A stretch of 64,000 bases of DNA from contig MU006091.1 in NCBI GenBank assembly GCA_010093705.1, positions 434,001-498,000 on the forward strand, read 5' to 3'. This document shows, one piece after another, positions 26,501-37,500 of this stretch (positions are counted from its first letter, which is position 1; every line of letters begins with the position of its first letter). Below the pieces are notes generated by a model, which made no database searches, was not told where the DNA came from, and saw nothing but the letters and a program-made list of their open reading frames with translations. The stretch is from Patellaria atrata CBS 101060 (Eukaryota). A program made the translations under genes and the position numbers.

Positions 26501-26751
26501 GGAGGTTCCTTTCCATCATCATTGTCGTCAACTACCTCCTTTTGTTTTGTCTGTACCCGTGGGGAAGATATCTCTCCAGTTTGCGCGCGTCGCGATGCTT
26601 GCTCTCCCTCATCCTCCTTACCTTGAAGAGATTCTACAAACTTCGATTTCTTCCGTGGAGAGCTGGATTCTGCGAGCGCAGTATCGGCGATGTAATGCGT
26701 CGCAGGTCCCTCTCGCGCGGTTTTGGTTTGGGCGGGTTTGCGTTTGGGCAT
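20560..26751 (-). CDS. Large intronless hypothetical protein (2063 aa), disordered, with internal repeats, acidic block and C-terminal hydrophobic segments
   Basis: 6.2-kb uninterrupted ATG-initiated ORF. No family recognised. Confidence 0.8.
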   Translation of the reverse strand: MPKRKPAQTKTAREGPATHYIADTALAESSSPRKKSKFVESLQGKEDEGEQASRRAQTGEISSPRVQTKQKEVVDDNDDGKEPPLQHSLHPQPHQQQPQPQAPPTTAPRPKPQQSRASARKGTKISTATAKPAHASPSTASKGIWGTKKKARAQGTPSKETEPAIKKSFLDVYSFDLIPHDQIDPQIPTPTPFITFTAWDVAKSKARARVRNVRFQNVRVCVDSNPDGGGLGVVALPFAVAAGQKKGDNSDEIGKQKGSLVVAKQKELDEIPGFIVRIAGMKIDTRFCIPPLTTREDVLQAVTKRVDWMSTQSFMFQWISISPEGWSDVRKSWTLPLLMMKAYRLRLGSTAESKPEVVKLPSTEQGVEVVVTKMPDFEILDPPLVRKYPIRQGSSSIPAPEPPQVTSNGDQPIPSRASYLPVYVDCLFSTPLSERLPEAEAVASASRNPDAFPMEEKTVPLTDLLSNDDSSSLHSPEPKEDVGPVPEPFETDYTPSSAPRNTLVTFDISPSSGRRTLMKIKLPTLATSLKLDTPNTPKAATFAPSVDAPTRTFPSPGDVPSWPSSSHNNKVFLEETFPSVSALARDNKQPSSLHSIEKPANIPTAATFALSVEVPAKSFSSPVNVPAWIQSSLHRKGPYLEENFPSIFVYSRENKQRMPGAFPSELETEEEAVSEVKEESKLTVRTERAPEDSKKIWDKFLIGRKNNHPGVKLRPEKESAPASPVVLDSERFKSQWDRTNSQNKTLAQQQPSKPDEQKQTELRIARSDPFAFLRNGNVTDKLAVQEETSEREVKEWVSDLGTEEKISQPKAQEEGDRPDARKESAPVTLPQASRLFTVYWEKLKAQDKSKVQADSLEPEIQEEPSKPELHEGISKPDVREETPRLEVLKESLPDNLPQNPKLFAAFWEKATSANILSDQEGSTKPNTRQGSKLCPTSWQKENALNNSILLGNPFRSNIQKNGESGPLLYNFSKALENKGALEQLPVQTEPSRPNGPAAPLPLFPGLEFLTDLGKVTAATKLHAREQTFKTNVPEDNSPITPLAELGSCPTNLAGNQFQAEPDVLKENISLINLLGMENFLEKHGPLNESDLALLKELHFHLLREGEEVAERVKKGEASAEDAIAHAEKGMDRFREVANQIIQQRLREQTGKETEARAFFILRRHDEDSKADVHGESSNVAGQLKQRSNQGTFGQIMSTIARLEDEELKADVQKGAFKAVAQGPETPIKKSPNSAPGRALEPNKDKRPRSKEPHPPQHSGSGQQPSTPSPKGKGTTPSPKQNPTTPKARKELSAATLKVIANVEAQLKKRNQQEPSKPAGQGESSELRVKDETSKLDVRKESSKVVKTRGPIRKSPNDTPNCIEEPIKEGPSQPKGPYRTQHSGPIGAKDEASKGGANDEISKAMISKVNVWKEAFKAAESRALTRKSPVDTPGSVEEPIEKKPSQCKREHQPQPSEPIQQLTTPKPWKELTPEVMKELDEAADQLQSCIQQRPCKPVEQGESFKAEIKVEASAAEPKIEEPEGDAWEESSRVAETRTPTRASRVFTFPPLEPIKEEPSPENKPHQSQQSVSLLQPSTPARKRKVKNPKIWELPPGAAKEITEGLQPAHTPSPKRTILDPSPRSPKRERVNVDLPPEADVFKFGEILNVAELKKTLIDRATQTHPKKGLEPEPQSEPDSEPDSEPDSEPESELVSVGDDSDDTSSTEHGMKFVDAETSGEHVPSGDNEVWEVEGGTEETDKAEEVPGKNKTEEDEEPEKVEKDRIAENVEIDGEVKEAEEGKGSKDAKENEEYEEAGNGQEDEEDGEVVEYATTDENEGGETEEESQKDEDSEDESDVPSIDWTSSVPLPVVHTLYFGTGSIGSDTITVNILSDLPSLPAYSVNLQLNHPLQMSDIPTSLHVGTLNALLDDLSERAYDQLDGADAVSDLQSARARSIRVLMQVRQVKLRLYEQYRQDIARTPRLEEEMMRFLEDSDELPEDDGDPDWVTTADGRSRTPSPERSSVLNAESRPFWESLDFQLLFLMCLGWIEHLAFAEDEWTKYRYAVMMALFLCIITVQIATEE
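21684..21750. repeat. 12-bp coding minisatellite (TCTGGCTCTGAG)n encoding EPDS repeats on the minus strand
   Basis: Directly visible repeats. Protein reads PEPQSEPDSEPDSEPDSEPES. Confidence 0.9.
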
Positions 26752-27313
26752 GACTTGTTTGTTTGGCGGATTGTGGGTTGTGGGATATGGGATGTAGGAT
26801 GTAGAAGAATTGGATTTCGAAGATGCCCGGAGAGGCCAACTTGTACTTTTCTACCGGGATGGGGTTCCAGTCGGGCGCGTGGTGTAAGACATATTTATGT
26901 GTGCATCCATTATTTACAGAAGCTGTGTGAAGACGTTAAGGGGGTTGAGTCTCGTGATTACGGTTTCTGCACATTGTCACTCATTTTGTCTCACATCGCT
27001 GTTTCTAGCGCTTCACACATTTTTGGAACAAGTTACTGTTCAGCACTATTTCGATTGTATTAAGCTGACTATCTGTTTAGCCGTACTAGCCAAATCTTCA
27101 TTGAGCGGGTGTCCTATTTGTTGCTGTACAAGTTTCATTAGCCAACTGTCCTAACCTAGTTGCACCAAGAAGTAAATATTCGGGAAAAAGCGACCATTCG
27201 AGTACGGTATTGCTATGGGGGAAGCAAACCGTGACTTGGGGCTCCAACCGTGAGAAAAGAGGAAAAATTTCCCTTTTGCTGAGATAGTCAAGGCGAACGG
27301 AGATATGAAGAGA

Positions 27314-28381
27314 CTAGTGATAATAGCTGTCTTTTCTGTGTCTCGTCATCCTGAGCCCGACCAAACCTTCACTAATAGAATCACAACTTGTCCTCGTAAA
27401 ACCGGAGACGTACAGATTTGGATGTAACCCCATCTCCCTCATAATCTTCGGCATGTCGTCCACTGCTGCCTCCTGGTTCTTGAGTCCGGTTTTCATATTC
27501 TCATCGATCACCATCTCTGGGAGAAACCCCTCGTTGAGAAGGCGTAAGTACCTGAGATGCTCGATCTTCTTCTCCTCGTGCCTCACCATGGCCGCTTGGC
27601 TGTGCTCACACGGAACATTGGCCGCCTCGCTGTACACGTCTAATCGCTCCTGGGTGCGCTGGTCGTGGTATGCTCGGACGGAGACGTTGAGAGCTTCTGC
27701 AGCTGTACAGATAGCCTCAAGCTCTTCCATGACGGTGTTCAACTCATCTTCCTGGCTCTTCTCGGGGAACGATTTGGTGTCGGCCATTATCGCATAGTAC
27801 TTGGCTTTCGCGGCATGGGATCGAGCCGATAGGGCATCGTACTCCTCACGGTGTTCGGTAGATCCACCTTTGGGGAATCCGAGTAGGAAATCGTCGGATT
27901 CCGGGACAGACGGATCGCTATCGCAGAGGGCACTGCTGGAAGAGCCGTCATCGGTAACGCGTGTGTCTCTGGGGCCGTGAGGAATTTGTCCTTCCTTGTT
28001 GTCATCAGATCCAACAGGGTTTAAAGTTTCCGTTGTCGCTTTTAAATCGGCCTGAGTCTCGCGTTCAGCAGCGAGGGCGGTTGCGTTTGGCCACGGACGG
28101 AGAGGGATGGGAACGGAGGCAGAGAATTGACGCTGTGCAAGTCCCTGATAACGGTGCATTTGGTCGACGTCAAAAGCGGCGGGGGGTTTAGTTTCTTTGA
28201 GGCGCGAGACTGAGTAGATGATACCTGGAAGATCTCGCAGAGGTGTGTCGCGGAACCGATTGAGGAGCTGCCAGTCCTGTTGGAGATTTGAGATGTTGAC
28301 CATAGGTAATTCGCGCTCGATTATCTCCCGCGTCTCCGGCATCTTGATCGCATCTGGTGAAGAATCATGTTTGTTGTCCAT
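27314..28381 (-). CDS. Hypothetical protein (355 aa), helical C-terminal half
   Basis: ATG-initiated 1068-bp ORF with protein-like composition. No recognised domain. Confidence 0.65.
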   Translation of the reverse strand: MDNKHDSSPDAIKMPETREIIERELPMVNISNLQQDWQLLNRFRDTPLRDLPGIIYSVSRLKETKPPAAFDVDQMHRYQGLAQRQFSASVPIPLRPWPNATALAAERETQADLKATTETLNPVGSDDNKEGQIPHGPRDTRVTDDGSSSSALCDSDPSVPESDDFLLGFPKGGSTEHREEYDALSARSHAAKAKYYAIMADTKSFPEKSQEDELNTVMEELEAICTAAEALNVSVRAYHDQRTQERLDVYSEAANVPCEHSQAAMVRHEEKKIEHLRYLRLLNEGFLPEMVIDENMKTGLKNQEAAVDDMPKIMREMGLHPNLYVSGFTRTSCDSISEGLVGLRMTRHRKDSYYH

Positions 28382-29828
28382 CGTAAAACACGGTTTATGG
28401 TGTATTTACAAAGTTTGTATGGAAAAGTGTGAGAAAAAATAGCGGGGCGTAATGTGGAAGGTGCAGCCGATATGAATCAATGGCAACGCGTTCCGAGGGA
28501 AGGGGCGACTTTGTGGACGCTGAATGACAAGAATTGCTGTCTAGCGGTGATAATCACATGATATGCCTCATCTCTCGGCCTCTTCTTCGCCTACCTTACA
28601 ATCTGTTCGCACATCATTCGTACTTAGCGCTTGACAGTAGAGGATATAGAGTTCGGTTAACACAGCAGATTGATGATCTCCTGGTAGTTGTCTAGCAGAT
28701 GTAGAATGGAGGATGAATGCTAAACATGATGATAGAGGCGATACTATCATATCTTAGAAGGTTTATGAAATTCTGGGGATTGAGTGTCTGCTGGTTATTA
28801 CGGTAATGAATGCGAGCGAAGTGTACGGTAGCTAGGAAGTGGCAAGAAAGGAGTTCTGCTACGAGAAGTATCTCGTAGGGTGTAGACAATCTTTTCTATG
28901 ATGAAAACTGAGAGAGCTAAGAGTCAACTGTAGGTCTATGGAAATCTTGTGTGCTCGAAATTGATACATTGCTCTGGTACATGTATCTTCGCTGTTGTTG
29001 TACGGATGAGGCGAAAACGTACTGGGAAGCTGTATGGGTGCAACTAACGTTACCGTACAGTCTACAAAATAATCTAATACTTGGGATACAGCAACTATCT
29101 CCAGGAAATATCGAGAAAGGGTACAAAGACGGAGGCTTGCAAATTTTTAGAGGAAGTGGTACGGAGAGAAGGGGAGGACTTCAGGCATTTGGGGTTTCAT
29201 ACATGCTCAGATTATGAAATAGGATCAAGTTTGATACTAAAGAAAATGTCGATTGAGACTCGATCGAGTAATTCATAGGTTCTGAGCTTAGCTGTACAAT
29301 CCAGTCGGAGCACCTCCCTGAAAGCGAGCGTACTGTACAGTAGAACGACTACCAAGGAGGGAAAATACAGCACCTTACTTCACACACCTTTAGAAAAGCA
29401 GGATACGTATTCGATTAAGCTTAATAGATAGTGAGCAACCGGAAAGGGAGCATATTTGATAGTATAACCTTTGTGAATAGTCATGAAGTGGGAAGACAGA
29501 AGGAATTCCGACTATGATCAAGGGACATAGGACGCTCTCAAGGAAAATAATTAGGCGCACAGAAAAAGAAAATTTCGGTGCTGATGAGAACCTTGCTTTC
29601 TCATAAGTTAAATCAAATATAGAGGTAGATTGCGGCATGTGAGGTTGAAGTTTCCCTTGCAGGCTTGGGCGCGGAGCGGAATATTCCCGGAGCGGAGGTG
29701 GGCTTTTACTACCCTTGGCATCCCGACATTGTGCCTTAAGGTACGTCTCAATCCAAGGCAATCTGTCATGTATTCTTTGAGTCAGAGCTTCAACAGTCGC
29801 ATAACTTGCTTATATTGCCTTCCATCTG

Positions 29829-32369
29829 ATGCTCCTCCGCCCTCTAATACGGGCGAGCATCAGATTTCCTCTCACCAGAACAATGGCGACCGTACGACAG
29901 CCTCCATGGCAGGCTCCTGCACCTACGAATGCTAAAATTCCTGAGATCCGCATATATAATTCGTTAACTCGACAGAAAGAACTGTTTGTCCCGTCTGATG
30001 ATGAGGGGAAGAAGATCACTTGGTACGCTTGCGGTCCTACGGTGTATGATGATGCACATCTGGGGCACGCTAGGAATTATGTCACTACAGATATAATTAG
30101 ACGAATACTGAAAGACTATTTCAAGTTCGACGTCAAATTCGTTATGAATATCACAGATGTAGATGATAAAGTATAGGCCCCTCGATTTGTCAGATGAGAG
30201 GAATTGATTCCTAACAAACTTCAGATTATTATCCGCGGTAGACAGCAACATCTTCTCTCCGAATTCACCTCGAAACATGTGAAATTAGACGATGAGGTCA
30301 TTTCTACGGCACAAGCTGCTTTTAAGGCTTATATCAAGAAGAACCTTGTTCAGATAGATGCCGAAACACAACCACATCGGTATGAATCCGTAACCAAACA
30401 AGCATATGCGGGTGTTCTGGAGGGTAAAAGCTTAGAAGGGAGTGGGAAACCACCTGGGGATAAGGAAGCGAAGGTGAAAATGCATATCAAAACAGCAGCG
30501 AGTGCGGCAGAAGTTCTACAGTCCGCATCAAAAGGAGAGTCGCTAGATCTTACTGAATTTTATACTAAGACCCAGGACGTACTACTACCTTATCTAGACC
30601 AATTATACGGGTCCTCACTAGATATAAGGGACTATAGTATCTTTAGCAAGTTAACAACGAAATACGAAAACCGTTTCATGGAGGATGTCCGAGCCTTGAA
30701 TGTTCTCGACGCCGACCTCATCACCCGAGTTACTGAATACAGCAAGGAAATAGCCGAGTTTGTCGACAAGATCGTCAATAATAAGTTTGCATACGCAACA
30801 TCCGATGGATCAGTATATTTTGATATAGCTGCTTTCGAGAAAGCAGGAAATTCATACGCTCGTCTAGAACCGTGGAGTCGAGGAGATAAAGAACTCCAAG
30901 CGGACGGTGAGGGAGCTTTGACAAAGAAGTCTACAGAGAAGCGATCCGATGCAGACTTTGCGTTGTGGAAGGCATCAAAACCTGGAGAACCAAGTTGGCC
31001 TAGTCCTTGGGGTAGAGGAAGACCAGGATGGCATATTGAGTGTTCTGCTATGGCTTCTGACGTACTAGGACCAAAGATGGATATACATTCTGGAGGTATC
31101 GACTTAGCCTTCCCACATCACGATAATGAGCTTGCTCAGAGCGAAGCGTATTGGCACGGCCTAGAACAGGATCACTCCCACCAACATCAATGGGTCAATT
31201 ATTTCCTTCATATGGGTCATCTATCCATCCAAGGCTCAAAGATGTCGAAGTCTCTTAAAAACTTCACAACGATCAGAGAAGCACTTGAGCGAGGAGAGTG
31301 GAATGCTCGGAGCTTAAGAATCGTTTTTCTGTTCAAATCTTGGAAAGATGGAATTGAGATCACGGATGATTTGGTCAAAGAAGGAATTGGTTGGGAATAT
31401 AAGGTTAACAACTTCTTCCTTAAAGCTAAGGACCTTGAGCGAAACCCCAGTTATAACACTCCAAGTGTTGAGCACGACTCCGCTCTAGCCAAAGCTCTAT
31501 CCGAAGCTCAACACAAGGTTGATGAAGCACTCCGGGATTCATTCAATACCCGTGACGTGATGCGTGCTATTTCAAATATCATTACAGAATACAACACTTT
31601 GGAGAAGAATTCTTTAACTGATGAAACCATTCTTACCGTTGCGCGGTGGATCACTCAGCTGGTTACTACCCTAGGCCTTGATGGGAAGGCAGATTTGAGT
31701 GATCCTAACCGTGTTGGATGGTCCGGTATCGACATTCCTGAAGCAGCCGTGCCTTTGGTGTACCCGCTATCGCGACTTAGAGATGAGGTCCGGAAAAACG
31801 CAATCGCCGGTATCACTTCTCCTGAACTTCTTACTACAATCGCATCAAAAGATCAAGCTGCGAAGCTCCAAGAAGCCGAAACTCTCCCCTACGCTGAAGT
31901 CTTAACTCAGTTTCAAGAAGATGTTCGCAACTTTGCCGAGAAGGGTGCTTCGGCAAAAGAGCTCCTTCAACTCTGCGATCAACTTCGCGATGTTAAACTC
32001 TGGGATCTAGGGATATACTTAGAAGACCGCGAAGGTCAGCCAGCAATGGTACGACCCGTCGATCAAGAGCTTGTCGCAGCGAGAGAAGCGAAGGTCGAAA
32101 AGGAGCGGAAGAAGCTCGCAGACAAGCAGAAACGCGAACACGAAGAGGCTGAAAAAGCCGCGAAAAAGGCGGAGAGGGCGAAACTAAGCCATCTAGAGAT
32201 GTTCCGTACTTCAGAGTATAGCGCCTGGGATGATGAGGGTCTACCGCTCAGAGACGCAAAAGGTGATGAGATTCCAAAGAATAGGACAAAGAAGCTGAAG
32301 AAGGAGTGGGTGGAACAAAAGAAGCTCCACGAACAGTGGAAGACGGCGAACAGTGGGCCTTCAAGCTGA
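29829..32369 (+). CDS. CRS1: Cysteinyl-tRNA synthetase
   Basis: [18 protein letters not shown] (HIGH), [46 protein letters not shown] and KMSKSLKNF. Intron 30171-30224. Second in-frame ATG at 29883. Confidence 0.97.
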
Positions 32370-32908
32370 TAAAAAAGGGTTATGATGGATAATAGGAGCA
32401 TTGCGAATGGCGTTTCAAGCATTTATGGGCGTTGCAAATAGAGGTGTGCAATACCCTGTGGCCGCTGGATATATTATGTTATTCCATTTCTTCGTTGCTT
32501 CTAGATACGGCACTCATGCAATCACTGAGTGCGTTGACGGGAGCCTGTCCCGAAGTTGATGTTCCGAGTGTTTTTGATTCTTGACGATATTCCTTGAGTG
32601 TCCATTCGCTCTTACCTTACCTTGAGGACCTGCTCCTTCCTTCTTTCACAGTCAACCGCAGCATTCTTTCCAAAGTCGCTTGAACCCCACTTCGCCACCG
32701 ATTCAATATTCAGGTCATTTTCTACGGTGCATTTCGATTGTGCATGAGGTGCTTGTGACCACTTCAGTACGTATTTGTCCCACCTTCTGTCACTCCTGCG
32801 CTAGGAGCGCATTTACACAATGGAGCTCTATATAAAAACAATACTTTGATTCTTCCATGCTACTTCTTAATTATCTCCTTCAAACGTATTCTTATTCTTA
32901 TCGGTGTG

Positions 32909-34555
32909 ATGATGGCAGACGAAGACCTCTTCGAGGAAGGGGATTTCCTCGAAGCAATTGACCGCCCTTGCAGCTACACACCTCCAGGTCATCCAGAGGA
33001 GCGGAAATTCAATTATATGGCTGGTTTTACAGTAGGCTCATACGATGGACAAGGACCTGACTCTTCTCAGTCCTCCAGACAGGAAGAATGCGGGCTTAAT
33101 GCCCATCCAGGAAAAGAAGCCGCAGTTGATACTTCAGTACAAGATGATGAGTCAACGTGCACTCAGATAGTTACTGGTGATAGAGGTAACAATTCAGAGC
33201 AGGATGGTAACCTTGAAGGTAAAGAAGTAGAGGAGAAACACAAATGCGGTTTGGTCGGTGCATATAGCAAGAGCTATCCACTTCCAAGGCAGCGAAATTT
33301 CACAAAACACCCCAAGGTCCTGTTTCCATCTAATCTGGATGACTATCATAGACAAGAGAAATTACAGGCATGTCATACCTCCACTGAATGGCAAAACTCG
33401 CAGGTAAACAGCGAGCATAATCCCGAGCGAGGCCAGGATCGGGTTGATGCCGCACAATCCCTCGACAATGGTCAGTTTGCGCCTCTTCCATGGTTGACGG
33501 ATGGAAGATGGGTTGTATATGGACAATACGGCGCATCTGTACAGGACTACTACACCGAGAACCATTTTCGTCCAAATGAGGCCATCATGATATATCGAAC
33601 CGATGAATTGGGGAGTAGCAATGGGAGCACACCAGAAGCAATGTACAATCCTGCAACCCATTTGGACAAAGAGCTTCCAGACAATGATGCCACTGATTGT
33701 CAGGAGACTCTCTCCTCTGAGAATTCAAAAATCAAGCAAACATCAAATCAGCCCAATCACGACCCTTTTCAAGCAACAGGTGATGTAGAACCTCGATGTG
33801 TAATATCTTATCCAGAGCTCTCACCATCAGGTGACGCTACCACCAGCTCTCAAGCTTCCGGATCTGCAAATCACCGAGTTCCTAGTCAGGCAAGTCCTAG
33901 CTACAACAATCAATTGCCTCGATTTCAAGTTGATCCGGGGTTATTAGCTGACGTAAGGTCACCGATTGAAACTATTCCCAGGGACTACTGGAAAGTACCG
34001 GTTTGTGTCACTCTCGCCATTGTTGAGGAGATGGATGAACTTCTTAGATCAAACGACAGTGGCACAAGACAACGTACCGAGCTCGCCCAAAGTCCTCCTC
34101 CACAATCTCGCGTTCGGACAAGTCCTATAGCTACACGTCAGAGGATATTCAACAGTCCCTTGCCTTTTGAACCGGAGCGCCTGCATAGTAGAGTCGGTTT
34201 TCATCCTGTCGCACCTAATCTAACAAGCATCGGAGAAGCCTTCAATATTCCTACAATGCAACATCGCTACATGCTCGTTCGCGCCTTTGCAGATAATGAT
34301 CCAAAGCGAATAGAAGTCATCCGCGTATTCCTCCCGGCCACGCTCAAACAGATCAAAGAACAAGTCATTGTCCATTTCGCATGGTCACCAAGGGCACGCA
34401 ACATGACTTTAAGCGGCGATGGCGTGGAACTCAGGATCTCATGGAATCCGGACACGTTCACCGTTCTTAACGAACAGAATGTTGGAGACGTGATGGAGCT
34501 TTTGTCTCAAGCCGAGAAGGATGCATTCTTAGCCGTCAACTTCCTGGGCGGGTAG
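32909..34555 (+). CDS. Hypothetical protein (~550 aa), disordered, with a small globular C-terminal domain
   Basis: Long ORF, first ATG at about 32909, with a TATA-like tatataaaa at ~32829. No family recognised. Confidence 0.65.
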   Translation: MMADEDLFEEGDFLEAIDRPCSYTPPGHPEERKFNYMAGFTVGSYDGQGPDSSQSSRQEECGLNAHPGKEAAVDTSVQDDESTCTQIVTGDRGNNSEQDGNLEGKEVEEKHKCGLVGAYSKSYPLPRQRNFTKHPKVLFPSNLDDYHRQEKLQACHTSTEWQNSQVNSEHNPERGQDRVDAAQSLDNGQFAPLPWLTDGRWVVYGQYGASVQDYYTENHFRPNEAIMIYRTDELGSSNGSTPEAMYNPATHLDKELPDNDATDCQETLSSENSKIKQTSNQPNHDPFQATGDVEPRCVISYPELSPSGDATTSSQASGSANHRVPSQASPSYNNQLPRFQVDPGLLADVRSPIETIPRDYWKVPVCVTLAIVEEMDELLRSNDSGTRQRTELAQSPPPQSRVRTSPIATRQRIFNSPLPFEPERLHSRVGFHPVAPNLTSIGEAFNIPTMQHRYMLVRAFADNDPKRIEVIRVFLPATLKQIKEQVIVHFAWSPRARNMTLSGDGVELRISWNPDTFTVLNEQNVGDVMELLSQAEKDAFLAVNFLGG

Positions 34556-37500
34556 TTCGATAGGTTAAGGGCTTCCACGATTGGAATAAGTTAGATCGAG
34601 CAAGATCTTAGAGGTAACTAGTGAGTACAAATCGACCCGTCATTTAGGGTTTGACTGTGTACGTAGATGCAATGTTTACTCACATACTACAGGGCGGATG
34701 GCGGCGGGTTAGCATTCTAGCCTATGTGTTTATTACTTGTTATTTCAAATACTCACTCTTCTTCCTACTTACTGCTCGCTGCAGTGATTCACTCTTTTAG
34801 CTACAAGACACCAGGTTTAGGTAAATGCAGCTATGCTAGTCTTGCTAGGTGCAGATGTAGAAGGTTCTTGTGAGGAGCTTGGCTCGCCATTAACTAGGAC
34901 ATTCTCTATGGAAGGACATGGGTTGGATAGGTATTCCAGGAATAAGGTCAGTAGGTTAGTAGGGATGAATGCACGATAGTCATTATTGAGGAGAGATTCT
35001 TGTGACCCTTGTCGTCTGTTGTTCGATCTCAACACCAAATCCCCCAAGCACTCCATCGACAACAATTTCTGTGGTCCAGTGGGATGATGATGCTGGCTTG
35101 AACTTGCGATTAATTATCTGATTTTGTCTGGAGATGAAATTACTCTAGTTTTAAGGTAATACTCCAGGATTTACTTTCAATCCTAACAAACGGTCGTTTT
35201 ATGTCCACGCCGACTGGGTCTACAGTACCAAAAATAGCGAGTCTCCGGGTACAGCTTCCACATATTCGGTCTTTTACTACGGGAGAGTAAGGTAGTGTGA
35301 AAACAAAGAAATCGTAGTTTTACTAAAATACCTGAACCCAAACCGGCCCCCATACCACAGATAGCGAAATTTACCAAACCGTGGCAAATATCTTCCAAAT
35401 TCCCGGTCCAAACATACGTCAAACACTATAAGTAGAAGAGTCGTTCATTTCTGCCACCAAATCATAGAACTACACTTAGCAAATGGTGACACGAGTATTA
35501 ATATCACGCCGCAGCTCGTGATATCGAAGGGGCGAATGTTTGCCTTTGAAATGAATGTGACGATAAGCATACGATATTAATCAACGCTGAGTATGAGTTG
35601 GAGAGAGTATTCTGATTCGAGGCGCTCCAGTTGCCGATCAGCACGAGGTAATATAACTGCTTATTGTACTGTACGATGATGAAAAAATACTGTCCAGCGT
35701 TTGGGTAGCATTTCCAGGCTAAGAGTTCTGCACTTCGTACTGTACAACAGTAATGAGGTTGAAGTTTACAAATGATGTTATTCTGTGGCAAGTCATCGGT
35801 ATTTCCTTTTTAATCTTTTTAATTACTTACACGTGGTTTACCTTAGTTCTACCGGGAATTTGATATTCCAAGATGCGCCCTAGACCTAAAAGAGTAAGGC
35901 AGGTTTGCATCAAACCGAGATCAAGCCAACTGGAATCTTCCAACCTTCCATCGCTTCCCAACTTTCATTCCTCTTCTATATTGTTATGCAGCAACTGCAT
36001 ATATCGCAACACCTGAATCTACACCCTCCGCTAATCCTATCTCAATCTTTGTTTTTTCGTCGCTACATCGGACCCTCTAACCGAGAGCATCTTACGGTAA
36101 GGACTCACACGCCGTGTCTAGTGTCAAAAAAGTGAAACTTGTCCAGCTCCGGTTGCAGCTGATTTGGAATCATGAAGACCTTAGTGATGCACAACCTTCA
36201 GTACACGCGACTCTTACTCTCCAACACTAAGCCTATATCTCTCTGATTATTCGTTAATATGCAACCTATTTGTCAGTACCCGTCACTTGTCTGCATTCTC
36301 AATAGTACTATCATTTGCCCTTCTGTTCTGACCACCCCTGGTTATTGGTCTATCTCGCTATTGAAGTTCTCAGGTTACAGTTCCAGCTTTATATCCTATC
36401 TAATATGATTACTGCTCATCATTCCCGAAAGCATGTAGGACCTACGGGACCTACGCCTATCGTTCATTGCCGATGTTGGGACCACCAGACGGTTGTTTTG
36501 CTTCCCATTCTTGTCACCTGAAAACTCCCTCCCAGGTAACACTCATCTCACACCATCCAAATCAAGAAACAGTATATACGACCCCGTGGGTCCCTTCATT
36601 TGCATTCTGTTTGTGTATTACCTACTTCATACACTCAGTATCTGTCATTCAGCACTCCTCATTTCTGTTTCTCCCAGCTTCAAATAACTCTTCTTCCTTT
36701 CCATAGATTTCTATCTATAGTCTTCATGTCTGCTTGGAAATCCTTTTCTTCCAGATGCCTTCTTTAGACCAGCCGGTCGGTATAAAAACCAAAGACCCCA
36801 AGATGAAACCTCAGAAACATCACCCTTACCTAGAACGTCCTCGCTTCATCTCAGTAGAATCTTGGAATCGATCTGTTCCCGAAAAGTCCCTACATATACC
36901 ATCGTCAATGTCTTTCTCTTTCTCGAGCTCATCGGTTACATCAGAATCAAGAGCACCGCCCTCAACAACATCATCGACAACTTCTAGTGCACCTGCATCT
37001 CCAAGGACACCGGCGATTGATCCTGCCATTCAAGCATACATGGAGTTCAAGATGGCATTACTTTCTAGATCATCAAGTCGATAACCTCCTCTACTATTCC
37101 AATGTCTTACGCCACGAAGAAATATCCATCAACATCAAAATTCCTGTTGACGCAGGGACCCTCCTTCTGCAATAACTGCAGATCTCCCGTCGGTATTGGT
37201 CCGAGTGTCCTTTACCGTCATGTCCGTCATCCACGCATTAGCTCACCCGAGCAATCTTCCTCGCATACGATATCCCTTTTTGTCACTACACTTTGCGTTT
37301 CTTATTTCGCCGCTGCATGAAAGATTGGAGGGTTCAGGGTATGTGGTTACTGAGTCATGGTTTGCTCAGACAGATAGGGATTAATCACTTGAGCCTGGGA
37401 TAGGATTCTTCGTATGGTCACCTCAACGATCTCGGACTGAGGTCTCTTTTCTTTGTTCCCCCTTTTCCCTGCTGCTTGTTAGCTATGGCGTTACCGGCGT

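Noticed and set aside
35084..35122. ATGATGA...CTGA, resembling a C/D box snoRNA
   Set aside because: Boxes are only ~35 nt apart, with no terminal stem or recognisable guide.
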